NCBI GenBank assembly: GCA_965235115.1
Contig: OZ249436.1
Span: 32,242,001 to 32,306,000 of the forward strand
Reading direction: 5' to 3'
DNA: 64,000 bases
Source of the DNA: Laetmonice hystrix
Taxonomy: Eukaryota
Shown: positions 52,283 through 64,000 of the stretch, in pieces
Layout of the letters: each line of letters opens with the position of its first letter
Position numbering within the stretch: the stretch's first letter is position 1
Position numbers and translations under genes: made by a program
The notes under the pieces: model-generated
What the model saw: the letters and a program-made list of their open reading frames with translations, nothing else
The model's database searches: none
Told to the model about the DNA's origin: nothing

Positions 52283-55179
52283 ATCGTACTGTCGGGGTGG
52301 ATCAGGACTACTGATCGCGTCGGTAGCCAGGCGAAGTGATGAAGAGCCTAGGCAAATTGCCTTTAATTCTAGACCATATATGTATCCGTGCCACACCCCG
52401 CTCCAACTATTTCGGAAATAGCTCCCCAACCTCCCCGAGATATCTGTGGAGAAGGGAAACATCCGGGGTTAGATATTCCAAAGTACACCCCTCTGAAAAG
52501 TCTGTGGATCGATCCACCACTAGAGGAACTGCACCAGAGACCGAGGAAGGAGAACCCTGCACCCGCCGAGGAAATCCCTGCTCGGGCGCCACGCACTCAA
52601 CAACGCAAACTGCATCAGTCACCCATGCAGTTTGCCAAGCGGTCCTGAGTTCAAAAAAGAAAACTCCGATAAACTGCAGACATAGCTTGTCGGAGCAACT
52701 TCCAGGCCTATACACTTCACCAGGTATATCCTCCATCCCAGGGGAGGTAAAACTGAGAGCAACTGGGTGGCTTGAACGGGCCACACCATGTAAGGATGAA
52801 GCTCCATCCCTTCTGACCTGTCCAGCTTCCCAACTGTGTTGCCAGCTAGGTAAACTCGGACCGAACGGCAGACTACCAACTGGAAACATTATGGACTGTC
52901 GTTGGAACACTGAGAAACTCCTAGTGCAAGAAAGTGTCCTCGATGTCTATCGTGACGGCCCCGCCTCTTACCTATAGACACTGAGACATGCCACGTTTCT
53001 CGAAAACCCCTACGGGTTTAAGGAAAATAATTCCCGGGGCGGACTCACTACCGACCCTAAAGTGACGACTGCACCTTTCTCTCGAAGTTTCCTGATCTCT
53101 CCTATTCTTAGCTTAGAACTTAAGGAAACAGAAAGGGAGGGCCCTGCGAGAGTGAGCCGATGAACGGGCCACACCAGGTCTGGCGGGCTCGACAAACTCC
53201 AGACGCAATCACTTCCTGAGAACAGACAGGGTCCAAGGAATCTGGTAATTGATGAAGCAAGCTCACCGCTTGTGTGCGCTTCGTTGTAAGCGAACGCTTA
53301 ATTCCGAACCAAAATGTCCAGATCCAACTCAGGCTTATATCGCGAGACGGCTATGACAAACTGAGGACTTAGAGTCGAACCCCGGCGAAACAAGATAGAG
53401 TAGATAGGAATCAAAATCCAAACTCTATGTTGAGTGACGTATAAGGCCAGGGCCGCCGTAGTCCTATCGCCGAAAGATATAGCCTCCGGCGACTATAACC
53501 AAGGTCGGCCTAGATGGCCGCCGTCGTGACTAGGCGAACACGGTTTGCCTGAGCAAAGAAAGGGCACTTTGGAACTGAAACGGTCGAAGGCTCCTTCAGT
53601 CCAAGAGAAAGGTCCCCTGGGTCCAACCTAGAACCCCCTACCAGGAGGGTCCGAATGCAGAGTACATTCCGCCATAAAAAACGGATTAACGGGGGTTGAT
53701 CTCCCCTAACGTCCGACCGAAGTAGGGTACAAGGGGAAGGGATCCGTGAAAAGATCCATAGTTGGACAAACTGAGCGTAGATCCTCTACACCCCCCGAAA
53801 CTCTGCCCGTAACCGTCTAGATATTGGCAACCAATCCATGCCAAATCGCCACAAATAACAGACCATATAGGACTATATATATATATACATATATATATCC
53901 GGTGTGTTTAACTCAAATTTTTGAGTCACCATGTTTTTCTCTGTCTCTCATTTTAAAAACTGTATCAACATGCAGTTTTCCAGATAGTCTGATCTTTACC
54001 ACCGTTTCCATAGACTACTCACAGCCATAGATGGCGCTACAAGGACTCTACCTCGTGCCATCAAGGTCCCCAAGCCAGTTTAAATAACTTCATGTGTGTC
54101 AGGCGGGGGGACAAAGAGAACAGGAAATTTTAGGATTTTCAAAAAAGCCGATTTAAAGATTTTCAAGGCTTACTTGACTTCAAGGCCCTGCGGAGACCCT
54201 GCAAGCATACAAGAGAGAGGCCGCCTCTAGCCTACTGACTCCCCCGATCCGCGAGGGAGGCGCGATTACGCTGCCTGGCCGACAGAGCACTCCTCGATCG
54301 GTCGCGTAAGCCTAGGCCATAGGCCTATACTGATCGACATCTCTCATGGTCCCAAGATCTAGACCAGACCATGGTGACGACGCTGTCCTATGAAAACCCC
54401 AAAGTCTAGTGCGACGGCCAACTTGACCCGGGCAACGATCCTGAGATCGACGACCCGCGTGAAAGAGACGTTCCTAGGTACAGACGATCGCGAACGCTCC
54501 CGATCTCGGTCTGGATGCCGTCTCGGGGATTAAATAAATATAATAAATATAATATCGCCTGCACGATATCGTCTCAATGGTCTAGATGCGAGAGATATCT
54601 TCCTGGCATGTAGATCTCTAGCCAAGGCATCGATCTCGAACTCGATCTTTATTTCCTGATCTAGTCATTACGGGGAGATCGATCAACAAACAAAATCGTC
54701 TGTGCGATCTTGTCTCTAAATGCACCTAGTGCGAGAGAACTCTTTCCTCGCATGTATCCTAGGCCTAGATCTCTAGCTCTATAGGCACCGATCCTGATCC
54801 TTATCCCGATCCTGATCTGGATTCCGATCCTAACTGGATCTCATCGATCTCGAGCTCGACGGACCTGCCAAATCTTGTGCCTGTCAAGCGGGGAAATCTT
54901 AACCCCAAAATTCGGGAGTTCTCCCGCCTAAGCAGGAGTAACGATCTCGACCTCGAGCCAGGAACGATCTGGAGTAAGGCTCGGTGCCTGATCTTGATCA
55001 GATCGGATCAGATCGGGGGATCGAACCGCAGATCATCAAATGATCGACTGCCCGACATCGTCTCAGTGAGCCTATACGAGAGATCTCAATCCTCGCATGC
55101 CCGAGGCACTGAGGCCCGATGGCACATATTATGACCGATCTCAGGAAGAATCCCCGATCGTCTACGTGCGTCTGCGCGG

Positions 55180-55553
55180 CTCGCCGCGGCTGGCCCGGGT
55201 GGTCTCCTCGAGGAGACCACCGGACGCAGACGAGGGGGAGAACGGTCGCTCGAGCTGTGGCTCGAGGCGAACGCGAGTCTCCCCTCGCGTCAAGAGATCG
55301 ATCCCGAGCCGACTCGCGCGGCTGGCCTCCTCGAGGAGACCACCGGACGCAGACGAGGGGGAGAACGGTCGCTCGAGCTCTGGCTCGAAGCGAACGCGAG
55401 TCTCCCCTCGCGTCAAGAGATCGATCCCGAGCCGACTCGCGCGGCTGGCCTCCTCGAGGAGACCACCGGACGCAGACGAGGGGGAGAACGGTCGCTCGAG
55501 CTCTGGCTCGAGGCGAACGCGAGTCTCCCCTCGCGTCAAGAGATCGATCCCGA
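55180..55553. repeat. 3 x 123-bp GC-rich tandem repeat in the DIRS 5'/gag region
   Basis: TCCTCGAGGAGACCACCGG at 55205, 55328 and 55451; 41-codon unit, open on the element strand (ORF 55162..55608). Confidence 0.92.
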
Positions 55554-56181
55554 GACGCTGAACGTCTGCGTGTGATCGTCTCAACGTCTCAACGGGCTTA
55601 ATTCCCATTCCTCGCGTGGGAAGCCCGAGGCACCGTCCCGAGACATTATTATTTCGACCCAGTGATCGGTGCCTACGCTGTACGCCACCCGCTGTGCGTG
55701 ATTGGGCGTATCAGCGTATCAGACTGGTCAGGTGGGTGCGTAGGTCGAGGATCCATGACCTTACGCTTACCCACCTAGTCCTGCACGGGACTGACCAGCT
55801 GATTGAGACGTGAGCGTGACGTCACACCCTTAGCCCCCCGGCGGGCGGGTGGGTGGGCGGGTGACACGCTTCATTGCCTGGAGCAAGCACAGTGTGCACC
55901 CCGGCTCACTGCTGACCGTTCCGCCTGGTCAGACAAAGCCAACCGAGGAAAACTTGTCGGTCAACATGGCCTCGCTTACCTGGACTAACAGAGGCCGACA
56001 AGGAGTGTACCTGGCCCTTAGAATAACTCAGGGAACATGCTGAATAACTTCTACCACACAAGGAGGTAGTGCGTCTACCTATATTGGTAGACTACAAACA
56101 ACAAATAGACAGGAATGACCAAAGGGAATACAGAACTATAAGGAAAAAACCACGGTACTCACGAAGACGTCCTGCGGTAGC

Positions 56182-56415
56182 AGTGGTCATTTCAAATCTG
56201 ACTACTAGGTCACATGGACACTAGGGGGCGCACGATCCAGCGGATCTCCGCTAGAGGGAGCCATACACCGAATATGTTAGAAAGACAGGAGTTCTGGTGG
56301 AACTCATTCTTGTTTCACTTAGAACACTTTTATTAAATTTTTTGACCATTGGGAATCGAGAAACTGTAAGTCTCTCATATGTTATGAGGTAAGTAGAAGC
56401 GTATGTAATTAACCA
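56182..56415 (-). repeat. DIRS 5' ITR (shared core 56182-56395 plus unique extension 56396-56415)
   Basis: Reverse complement of 50094-50306; the extension GAAGCGTATGTAATTAACCA is matched only by the ICR. Confidence 0.92.
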
Positions 56416-57594
56416 AGAAATTCGTGAAGCCCAGATTTTTTCAAACAAAGGTTAGTGTTCATCACCCTACTGCCGACCTAACTACAGCAGTAAATGGGGG
56501 ACCACTCGTCAATGAAACCTTACATACCTGCGGTGTCCCATTCATTGCTACGTTAGCTAAGTCCGCGATATCCCCCATAACTATCGTCCTATAGGACAAA
56601 GGGCCCCTGTCTGATCCAAACATCGCTCAATGAAGAAAGTCGGGAAAGAACATTAATCCAACCAGGGCGAAATTACCGAGGCTCATTCTGAGGCAGTCAA
56701 TCAGCACGTCAATGAGAAAGTGGAGCCTGATGACAGAGCGGTCGGGCCTGCCAATCCAATCAGGGGCCCAGGGCGCGCACCAAAACTCCTACTTCTAAAT
56801 CTGCTGCCTTCACTCAACAGCTCTCTCTGTCTCTCTCACTGTCTGCGTTTGAGGCTCGGCTAATGTAGTGTAAGTAGAAGTCGTATTGCGGAAAAGCATT
56901 GACTTTTCCATGGATGCATCAAAGTGAATACTGTTATCACAATGAATTGAATGCTATCGTTCAGAATAACAGACCTGAACGCCTAGACAACGGTACAGGT
57001 GAGATCCACATAGAAAACATTTGCGGAGTATTGTATCATAGTTTAAAAGAACAGAGAGAATGTAGGCCTAATGGGGAAAAAGTGAATAGACCAAAAGAAG
57101 AAATACTACTGACAATTTAGCAATAATCCAGTTCTGTGTTGTTCCTGACTCTAGCCCTATTTAATAATCATGTAACCTTCAAATGACGAGCAATATCAAA
57201 AGGAAATATTCGGTTGCGTCCATAGTTTGCTATGATGTGTCCCACTGAAGGCCTGTTTAGATGTTGTGACTTGTCGAATACCATTTGTCACATTCGACAG
57301 AATTGTAACGACATATCGTATGACGTGACCAATCGCGACGTAACAAAGCACTCACGTGACCACCGTTTCAGTTACTGAGAAACCTAGAAGAATTCCAAAT
57401 TTACGTATAACATTCACGAACCAATAGCCATATAATTGAACTTACAATATCAATTGAGAACTGCAATAACTGCTGACACAAAAGTGATTTGAAAGCAGAG
57501 TATGTCTACAATTGGTTTACAAATGTACTACGAGTGATTGGCATATAAAATTCCTTTCACATATTACAAGTTGTACCTCTGCAAATTAACTCAC

Positions 57595-57681
57595 TTTTTT
57601 GCACCTGGAGAGATCTGCTACTGTCCTCAGTCGATTGTTTACAGCCTGCAGCTCCTCGAGGTTGGGAAGACAACTTAATGC
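57595..57681 (-). CDS. LRR-protein gene, exon a (most 5' exon found)
   Basis: CCTTTGCAG acceptor and GTGAGT donor; 87 bp, phase 0-0; ALSCLPNLEELQAVNNRLRTVADLSRCKK. Confidence 0.88.
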
Positions 57682-60600
57682 CTGCAAAGGAACGAGGCGT
57701 TGTAAGCATAATTGGATCGGAAAGTTTGTATGGACTTCTCCAGTTGTCACCTTGTATTTCTAATCAGTGAACCAATTACAGTATCAGTATATGAGAAATG
57801 GCTTCCACAATATGATACCTTTCAGATTTATAGGAAATTATTATCCTATTCTTTCCATATCCATTCAATTTTCTTTCCCTTTCCAATCACATTGTACTGG
57901 CTAAAATACATGCATTCTATTCTACACTTGCCCAGTCGCAGTACTCGGTTTACTTCAATGTGGAGAAAGAAGTTCATGTGTATTGACTGTAGGGTAGCCT
58001 ATATAATTTCCGTTTCCTTGTTCTGAACGTCACCTGCGATATCGTTAATTAATACCATGGAGAGGAGAACTATTACAATTCTAAGTAAATCCTTTATTGG
58101 TTTGAAAGGCAATCTTCAGAAAACTACATAATTATATTCTGAAGCCGAAATAGACGTGCACATTAATGTTGTCTTTACACTAGTGTAGCTTCAGATGACA
58201 TATGTTTTCAAGAGTCGATGAGGCCTAATAATAGCCATCGCCCTAACCTTCATGAATATCATTTTGTAAACAGACCAATCCCACAGGATATCGTGCTTCT
58301 AGTGGCCAATCCATAGGAAAGAGTGTCCCAAGTGTAGTGGGCTTTATGCTTGATGCTTCCAAGACTGACGGCATCGCGAAACGCCAAAGTCACGTGATGG
58401 CGACCCTGGATCACTATGGTTGGCCGATAGGGTCATACCGCGTGTACATTAACACGTAACGTAAATAGTAACGCGTAAAAACACGCGTCTGTGCCCCACC
58501 CCCTTTCTACAAAACTGTGGCTCCGTGCCTGGACAGACTGCAATCAATTTTACCCCCTTGAATCCAGAACCCTTCCACTGCGGGCGGTGGCATACTGGAC
58601 GCAATATTTTGTCAACATGTATGTATTCCTCGTATAATTAGTTGAACTATAAACGTGGTTGGTGTATGCCTAAATACACCAGTATTCCTTGCAACGTCTG
58701 TGAACCAATGCTACGACAATATCAGGAGCTGGAGCTGGGTGGGCACAAGGTGAAAGACATACCAGTACTGGCTTTTAATTCCAGGTGTTAATTCGAGATT
58801 GAAACAGTTAATAAAAAACAGTAGAAAAGATCTCGCAATTATTCAAACAGAAAAAAACCATCGCAACTTACCCAAATATACATATTTATATATTCTAATA
58901 TGTTTCTATGGTCGGCAGGTTTGCAAAGGGAGGGCGGGGTGGGGGGCAAATCAAATCCCAGGAGGCATGGGCCTGCATACAGCAATGCCCACCATCACCT
59001 TGTCACCACCAGCCAGTCTTCCCTAGAGCCTTGGCTTCTGACAAATGCCTGGGAGTGACGATACCGTATTTATCAAGTTAGTACCTGTTTTGCGCAAAAT
59101 TCAAGGGAAAATTTACATATACCGTACTTTCAAAATTGTGATCTTCCTAAAACGACGAACGGTCGCGTATAGCAGGCTAAGGGTGAACGTAAAATCTGGT
59201 GGGAATTGTCTCTGTAGCTCCTCAGATAGGACAGTGGGACACTTTCTCCTTTATACAATATGACCTTTAAAAACTCGTTCAAGGGCACCCACTTTTAATC
59301 AGTACCTTCCTTCGGGTGATATTGAAATCGGTCCAGCGGTTCCAAAGCCAAGAAATGCGGGAGATACGCACAGGCTAACAAAAATGTCACCGACTAGCCC
59401 TATCAGTCGTGACACACACAGAGCTTAAATCACACACGCTACCGGGAACTGGAACAGCTACGGCAAGGTTCCAGGCGTCTTACATGTTACATCTTACATC
59501 AACGCGTCGCTTTACGTCTCTAATAGCTTGACATCAGCAGAGAATAAATAAGGACATTAGTCCTTCCTATTTAATACTTCCAGAAGTCTTCTGAAATCAC
59601 CCTTCAACAACTGCCTTCGATCGGTCCGCAAAACGGAGCAATGTCAGCTCCATTTGCTCATCTTTAAGATGAATTGTAAGAAAGGCGAGTTTGTGAAACC
59701 TTTTGGGGCAGTACCTCTGGCAAAGAGCCGCAACATAAATGACAACAATCACGTTGAGTGCTGACGCAGCCGTGGAAAACCACTAACAACTTTACAGAAG
59801 TGGGCAGAAAAAAGGATTAAGTGAATTCAAATTGATCTCTCACAAATCAATAATTTGTCATTTTTGTATTACAGTTAAAAAGCTCACCAAACATCATTCT
59901 TCAATCAACACATGACGGTATCTTTTTGTCAGTTGGCCGGAAGCGACTTTTTGATCAACCCGTGACTCTTAGAAAAAAAGGCTTCCCCCCGACATTTTCG
60001 TTTTTTGTTTGTTTTTGTTTTGAAGGAAGGGAGACAATGAAATAACGGTACATTACTGGCTTACGTTATAACAGCCTAGAATAATGTATGGAATTACCAT
60101 CACATAACTTAACTGCTTCAACACTTTAACTTTACCCAGAGATATACGAGCTCGACGACAACGAAGTCGGGATCATTTATGAAGCTAAACGAGGATGGTT
60201 GTAGTAGGGAAATCTTTAAGTCAGTAAACTTACTTCGTTATCAATCCATTACTGAATCCACGTAAGAGTTTCAATGTTTACACCAGGAAGTCTATGACCA
60301 CCATATTGGTTCCTATCCATAAAATCATGCGCAGTTGGTACAGGAATTGGAGGAAAGGAAATGACGAGGCGCGGCGGAGGGTATAAATACAAGCAAACGG
60401 TCAAGGTTGAGTCCTCAACATCTGTCGAGACGAAGTGAACGAACGTCCCACCTCCACCCCGACTCCTCCGTCTTCGTCTTTTATGCAGAATATTCATCTA
60501 CGATAATTTAGCTGTATTTTGCGGGGGCTTATGTGCTGGGCAGGGTTAAGGGGAGGGATACTCGGGGTCAGTGTGGTCTGCCTGGGTTTTGGGGGTTAGT

Positions 60601-63600
60601 TGGGTTATCTGGGAGGGTTGTCTGGGTTACTTGATTCTGCCCATGTTGTCTCCACCTAATAAGGCAGAACAGTAATTTCTATCCTACGTATATGGATTTG
60701 GGTACAACTATATATACAGATTTATAAAGTGTTGATTGTTATCATCCGATGTAATTAATTATTCAACTTCATTATGTAGTCTCCACGTTTCAACCTTTGT
60801 ATAGAGTCCTCTTAGCGGGGATCGACGGGTTACAATGTAAATAAAATGTAACCTACAATACCATCCTCCTCTCCGAGTTTTGACTTCATAAAAACTGTTT
60901 AACCGTTAGATGGACACTCAACTTACCCCCAGTTTAAATTCTCAGGAATCTAATTTAAATTATATAGCTGTGCCACCTCCAGACTTTGATACACCGTCCT
61001 GCTAATGATTCTGACATTTTCTGTTAGATGACACGGGGAATCTTAACCTTTCAATTTGGGGAGCAACTAGACTCCTCAAATATCAAATGCAACGTATCCC
61101 ATAGAAATCAGGGCTTGACATTTATCAAGTTCATTCACCAGAACTAAGAATACCGGTACTTTGAAATAAATATTTCATTTTTAAACAATCCCCGATGAGA
61201 TCTGCTCGGTGCCATGCACATTCTGCTCGACATGTTGTCAACTTCTGTTACATCATAAAATGCCACTCGCCCACAAACATGTCGGGGAAAATATTAGTCG
61301 CCACCGAAATTTGACATGCCGTCAGGCCGTAAAGTATCTATCCCACAACATAATTTATTAAACAATAACATTACTTCGATAAACAATAATTACATGTATT
61401 AATATTCATATATGAACAATACCGATTTCGTCCTTTATTAATGATAAATCAGCTATGCCACATTTATTCATCACCGGTTTGGCTTGACGTGACTGTATAA
61501 CCACAGCACGAGAACCAATTCCCTGATTCGAAATCTAATCAGGCGACGCCTGACACGTGCTAATTAATCAGGCATGGTTGTACTTGCTTTCTGTGTCTGT
61601 GCAATACAGCAGGAAGAAGGCCAGCTCTGTATGCGTCCTTCAGTCGTGTGTATGGTGGGATTAGCCAAAGAACGTTTTCACACTGCACAAAATCTCTGCT
61701 CGCCTTCACCTTTTAGTGAATACGTGCCAACTTATGTGAATTGACGTCATAGTTCACTTGTGATAACTTATTTCGATTGCAAATATTACAATCCAGATTA
61801 AAATTCCTCTTACTTTTAAAAATGGAGCATAATTTGGCTGCAGCCTTACACATTCACCTGCTCCCTTCTAAATTTGTGTATACATCTAAAATAAGTTACA
61901 TGATCCTCTCAATATGCAGCCACGTTTTTCATGGATTACTCGGAAGTGCCTTTGGGAAAAGTTTCTGAAAGCCTAAGAAAATGTGGGAATCCGAGATGTG
62001 TAACGTCTCTCCAGACTGAAGTACAGAAGGCTTTACAAAAATATAACACTCCCTTTTCTGATGACCTTTACACAGCTAACTATTCTATCTCTGAATTACT
62101 GCTGTAAATAATCCCCATCATCTACCTACCGATCAGGCAAAAACCGCACTCACCCAAAACAATGTAAAGCAGTTCTTGAAGATGAGGCCCATTATGTGTG
62201 TGTAGCCATTCATTGGGGCGTTCAAAAATGACGTCACTATTATGTGTCGTTCCCTTTTTATTTGTTAAACCGTGACGACACTGGCTTTACCATCGAGTGA
62301 ACACAAATATTTGAAAAATAAATATGTGATACATTTGGGAAAAAAAATTAGTAGAAATTTGTTTTTTAACGAGATTTAATCATTCCGACCATAGAGTATA
62401 AAAAATGAATAGGATGTAATCGATCTTTATTCGTCTTCCTTCCTGCACCGGCAAAACTCTCTGTGTTTTCTACTAAAGTACTGTTTGCCAACCTGTACCG
62501 CATCATCATTTCCTAAATGTATCCCAAATCATGTTATTCTGGCATCTGAAGTACTGTAGGAACCAGCTGTCACAAGAAATTGATGGTATTTCGGTATGTC
62601 AGCTAAAGTAAAGCCCTTCAATTCAACATAAATAGTCCCTTCATTGCTATTAATTCTTTGATATCTTTGATATATACTGGATGATCGTGGATCCACAATG
62701 CATTTAATGGAAAAGGCTGAAAGCGTCCGTCAAGCTGGCACAAGTTTACATTGATATGCAATGCAATAACTGTCTCGTGCGCTATGAGATCGAAAACATT
62801 AAATGAGGTTCGCAGCAATGAATATCTATCTCCCTTATATTTCATCCATCTTACCAGGCAGTCGTTATGTTTCTAACTCGATTTGATACTACCTAAAAAC
62901 ATCTTGCTTTGAAACTGATAGACGCCTGAGTGAAGTCCGTAATAATCCATGGTGTGGGTGTTTGGATATAATTTTAGCCCAGCGTTTAATTCCTTTGATG
63001 GGCATCGTAAAACCCAAACTTCGTTTTGATTAAGAGCCAGTTTGTCGGCCCCAGCTGATGGAAAATTACAACTTTTCATTTACTTTTCCTCTTTTAGCAT
63101 CTCACTGCAGTAGGCTCTCCCCAGGCTCGGTTGTGGAGATCGTCTCAAGGTCACGTCCGATACAAAACCACCCCAAAGTCCATTAATTATAATGGTTTAG
63201 GGAAAAGCTTGTTGATACTTTTCTCACGTGTAACTGTCTCGTAAAACTGAAATGCCTCCGTTACACAGAGATCCCTCCACATAATGTATTAACCGTGCAG
63301 GTTGACAGGAAGGTTACTATCGTTTTCTCTGGACCAAAGTGCAGTAAAAGCCAGAGCCTGCAGAACCAGATGGATGAAGGATTTTGGAAAAGGATCTAAC
63401 TGGGGGAATTCGCTAAGAGAGGCTCTAAAGAGGACAGGTATAGGGAGACTGCCCTCCATCTCAAAACGGGGAGGGGGGGGCTGACTCCTAATTAACTTCC
63501 ACCCCCTCCTTCCACCCCCTCCAACCTTCATCCTTTCCATCTCTCGTCCATGAGTCCTCGTTAAGTTAATTACATTGTTAGGAACAAGACGTTGCATCAG

Positions 63601-64000
63601 AGTACGTACTGTTCAATGACCATGTGTGCTGCATGCCTAGTCAATGAATGCTGTCCTGGTCAGTAAATAGTTAAACTGGCTTAGGCATAGACAAACAGCA
63701 GCATATGTCTCTTCTTTGGTTCATTATGTGCTTCTTCCAGGAACTCCTACCTCATTATGTGCTTCTTCCAAGAACTCCTCCATCTTTCACATTTATCAAG
63801 CTTCATGAAAACAGGTGGCCAGAGCCACAACATCCGTTTAAAGGTGTACACAATGTGTTGTGGGCCAAGTGGTGATTGGATACGAGGAGACGAGGTTGGT
63901 TCGGAGAATTAAATAAACCTCCCAACATAAAAATCACTTTTAATCAAGATACAGCCATTATTTGTGTCCTTCTTGTGACTGCTGCCTGACACTGTATGTT

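Larger units (their letters stand above)
51700..52900 (-). pseudogene. Decayed, internally deleted DIRS RT/RNase H region
   Basis: PVGSL...W (pre-RT), LQFIG (RT C-terminal), then RNase H motifs TDIS/GGWGA/SGVW/LELKAICL and AVTYLLNQRDTRS in shifting frames; no LPFGL or YLDD core seen. Confidence 0.75.
50052..56415 (-). mobile_element. DIRS1-like tyrosine-recombinase retrotransposon, structurally complete but coding-defective
   Basis: Inverted terminal repeats with unique outer extensions, an internal complementary region, and gag-RT/RNase H-YR remnants in DIRS order on the minus strand. Confidence 0.92.

Noticed and set aside
52336..52977. 213-aa plus-strand ORF
   Set aside because: Antisense to the decayed DIRS RT/RNase H; no recognisable domain.
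57601..57605. Donor CAG|GTGC that would require a missing micro-exon
   Set aside because: The GTGAGT donor 10 nt further on (exon end 57595) restores phase 0 and the reading RCKK-LQEVDL.
60234..60497. Possible upstream LRR-gene exon (GTAAGT donor near 60233, 82-aa ORF)
   Set aside because: No LRR pattern and the frames I read stop shortly before the donor; cannot be supported as coding.

Overview
Eukaryotic (metazoan, probably marine invertebrate) genomic DNA, not prokaryotic: mostly large introns packed with repeats, and almost all ORF-track entries are spurious. I rebuilt by hand eight GT-AG, phase-compatible minus-strand exons (57681 down to 28233). They encode the C-terminal part of an SDS22/PPP1R7-like leucine-rich-repeat protein whose 5' exons were not found. 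A possible second minus-strand gene starts near 21250. The most striking structure is a 6.36-kb DIRS1-type tyrosine-recombinase retroelement (50052-56415) in an intron of the LRR gene. Its ITRs and internal complementary region are essentially perfect, yet the RT catalytic core appears deleted, the RNase H and recombinase are decayed, and two MITEs are nested inside. It also carries a 3x123-bp repeat, a dense GATC cluster, and paired CTCF-like and U1-complementary motifs in its termini. The window also holds many MITEs (Tc1/mariner-, Kolobok-, Harbinger- and EnSpm-like), a foldback element built of nested palindromes, minisatellites (80, 34 and 37 bp units) and a perfect 170-bp tandem duplication. 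All family assignments come from recognising motifs by eye; no database search was run.
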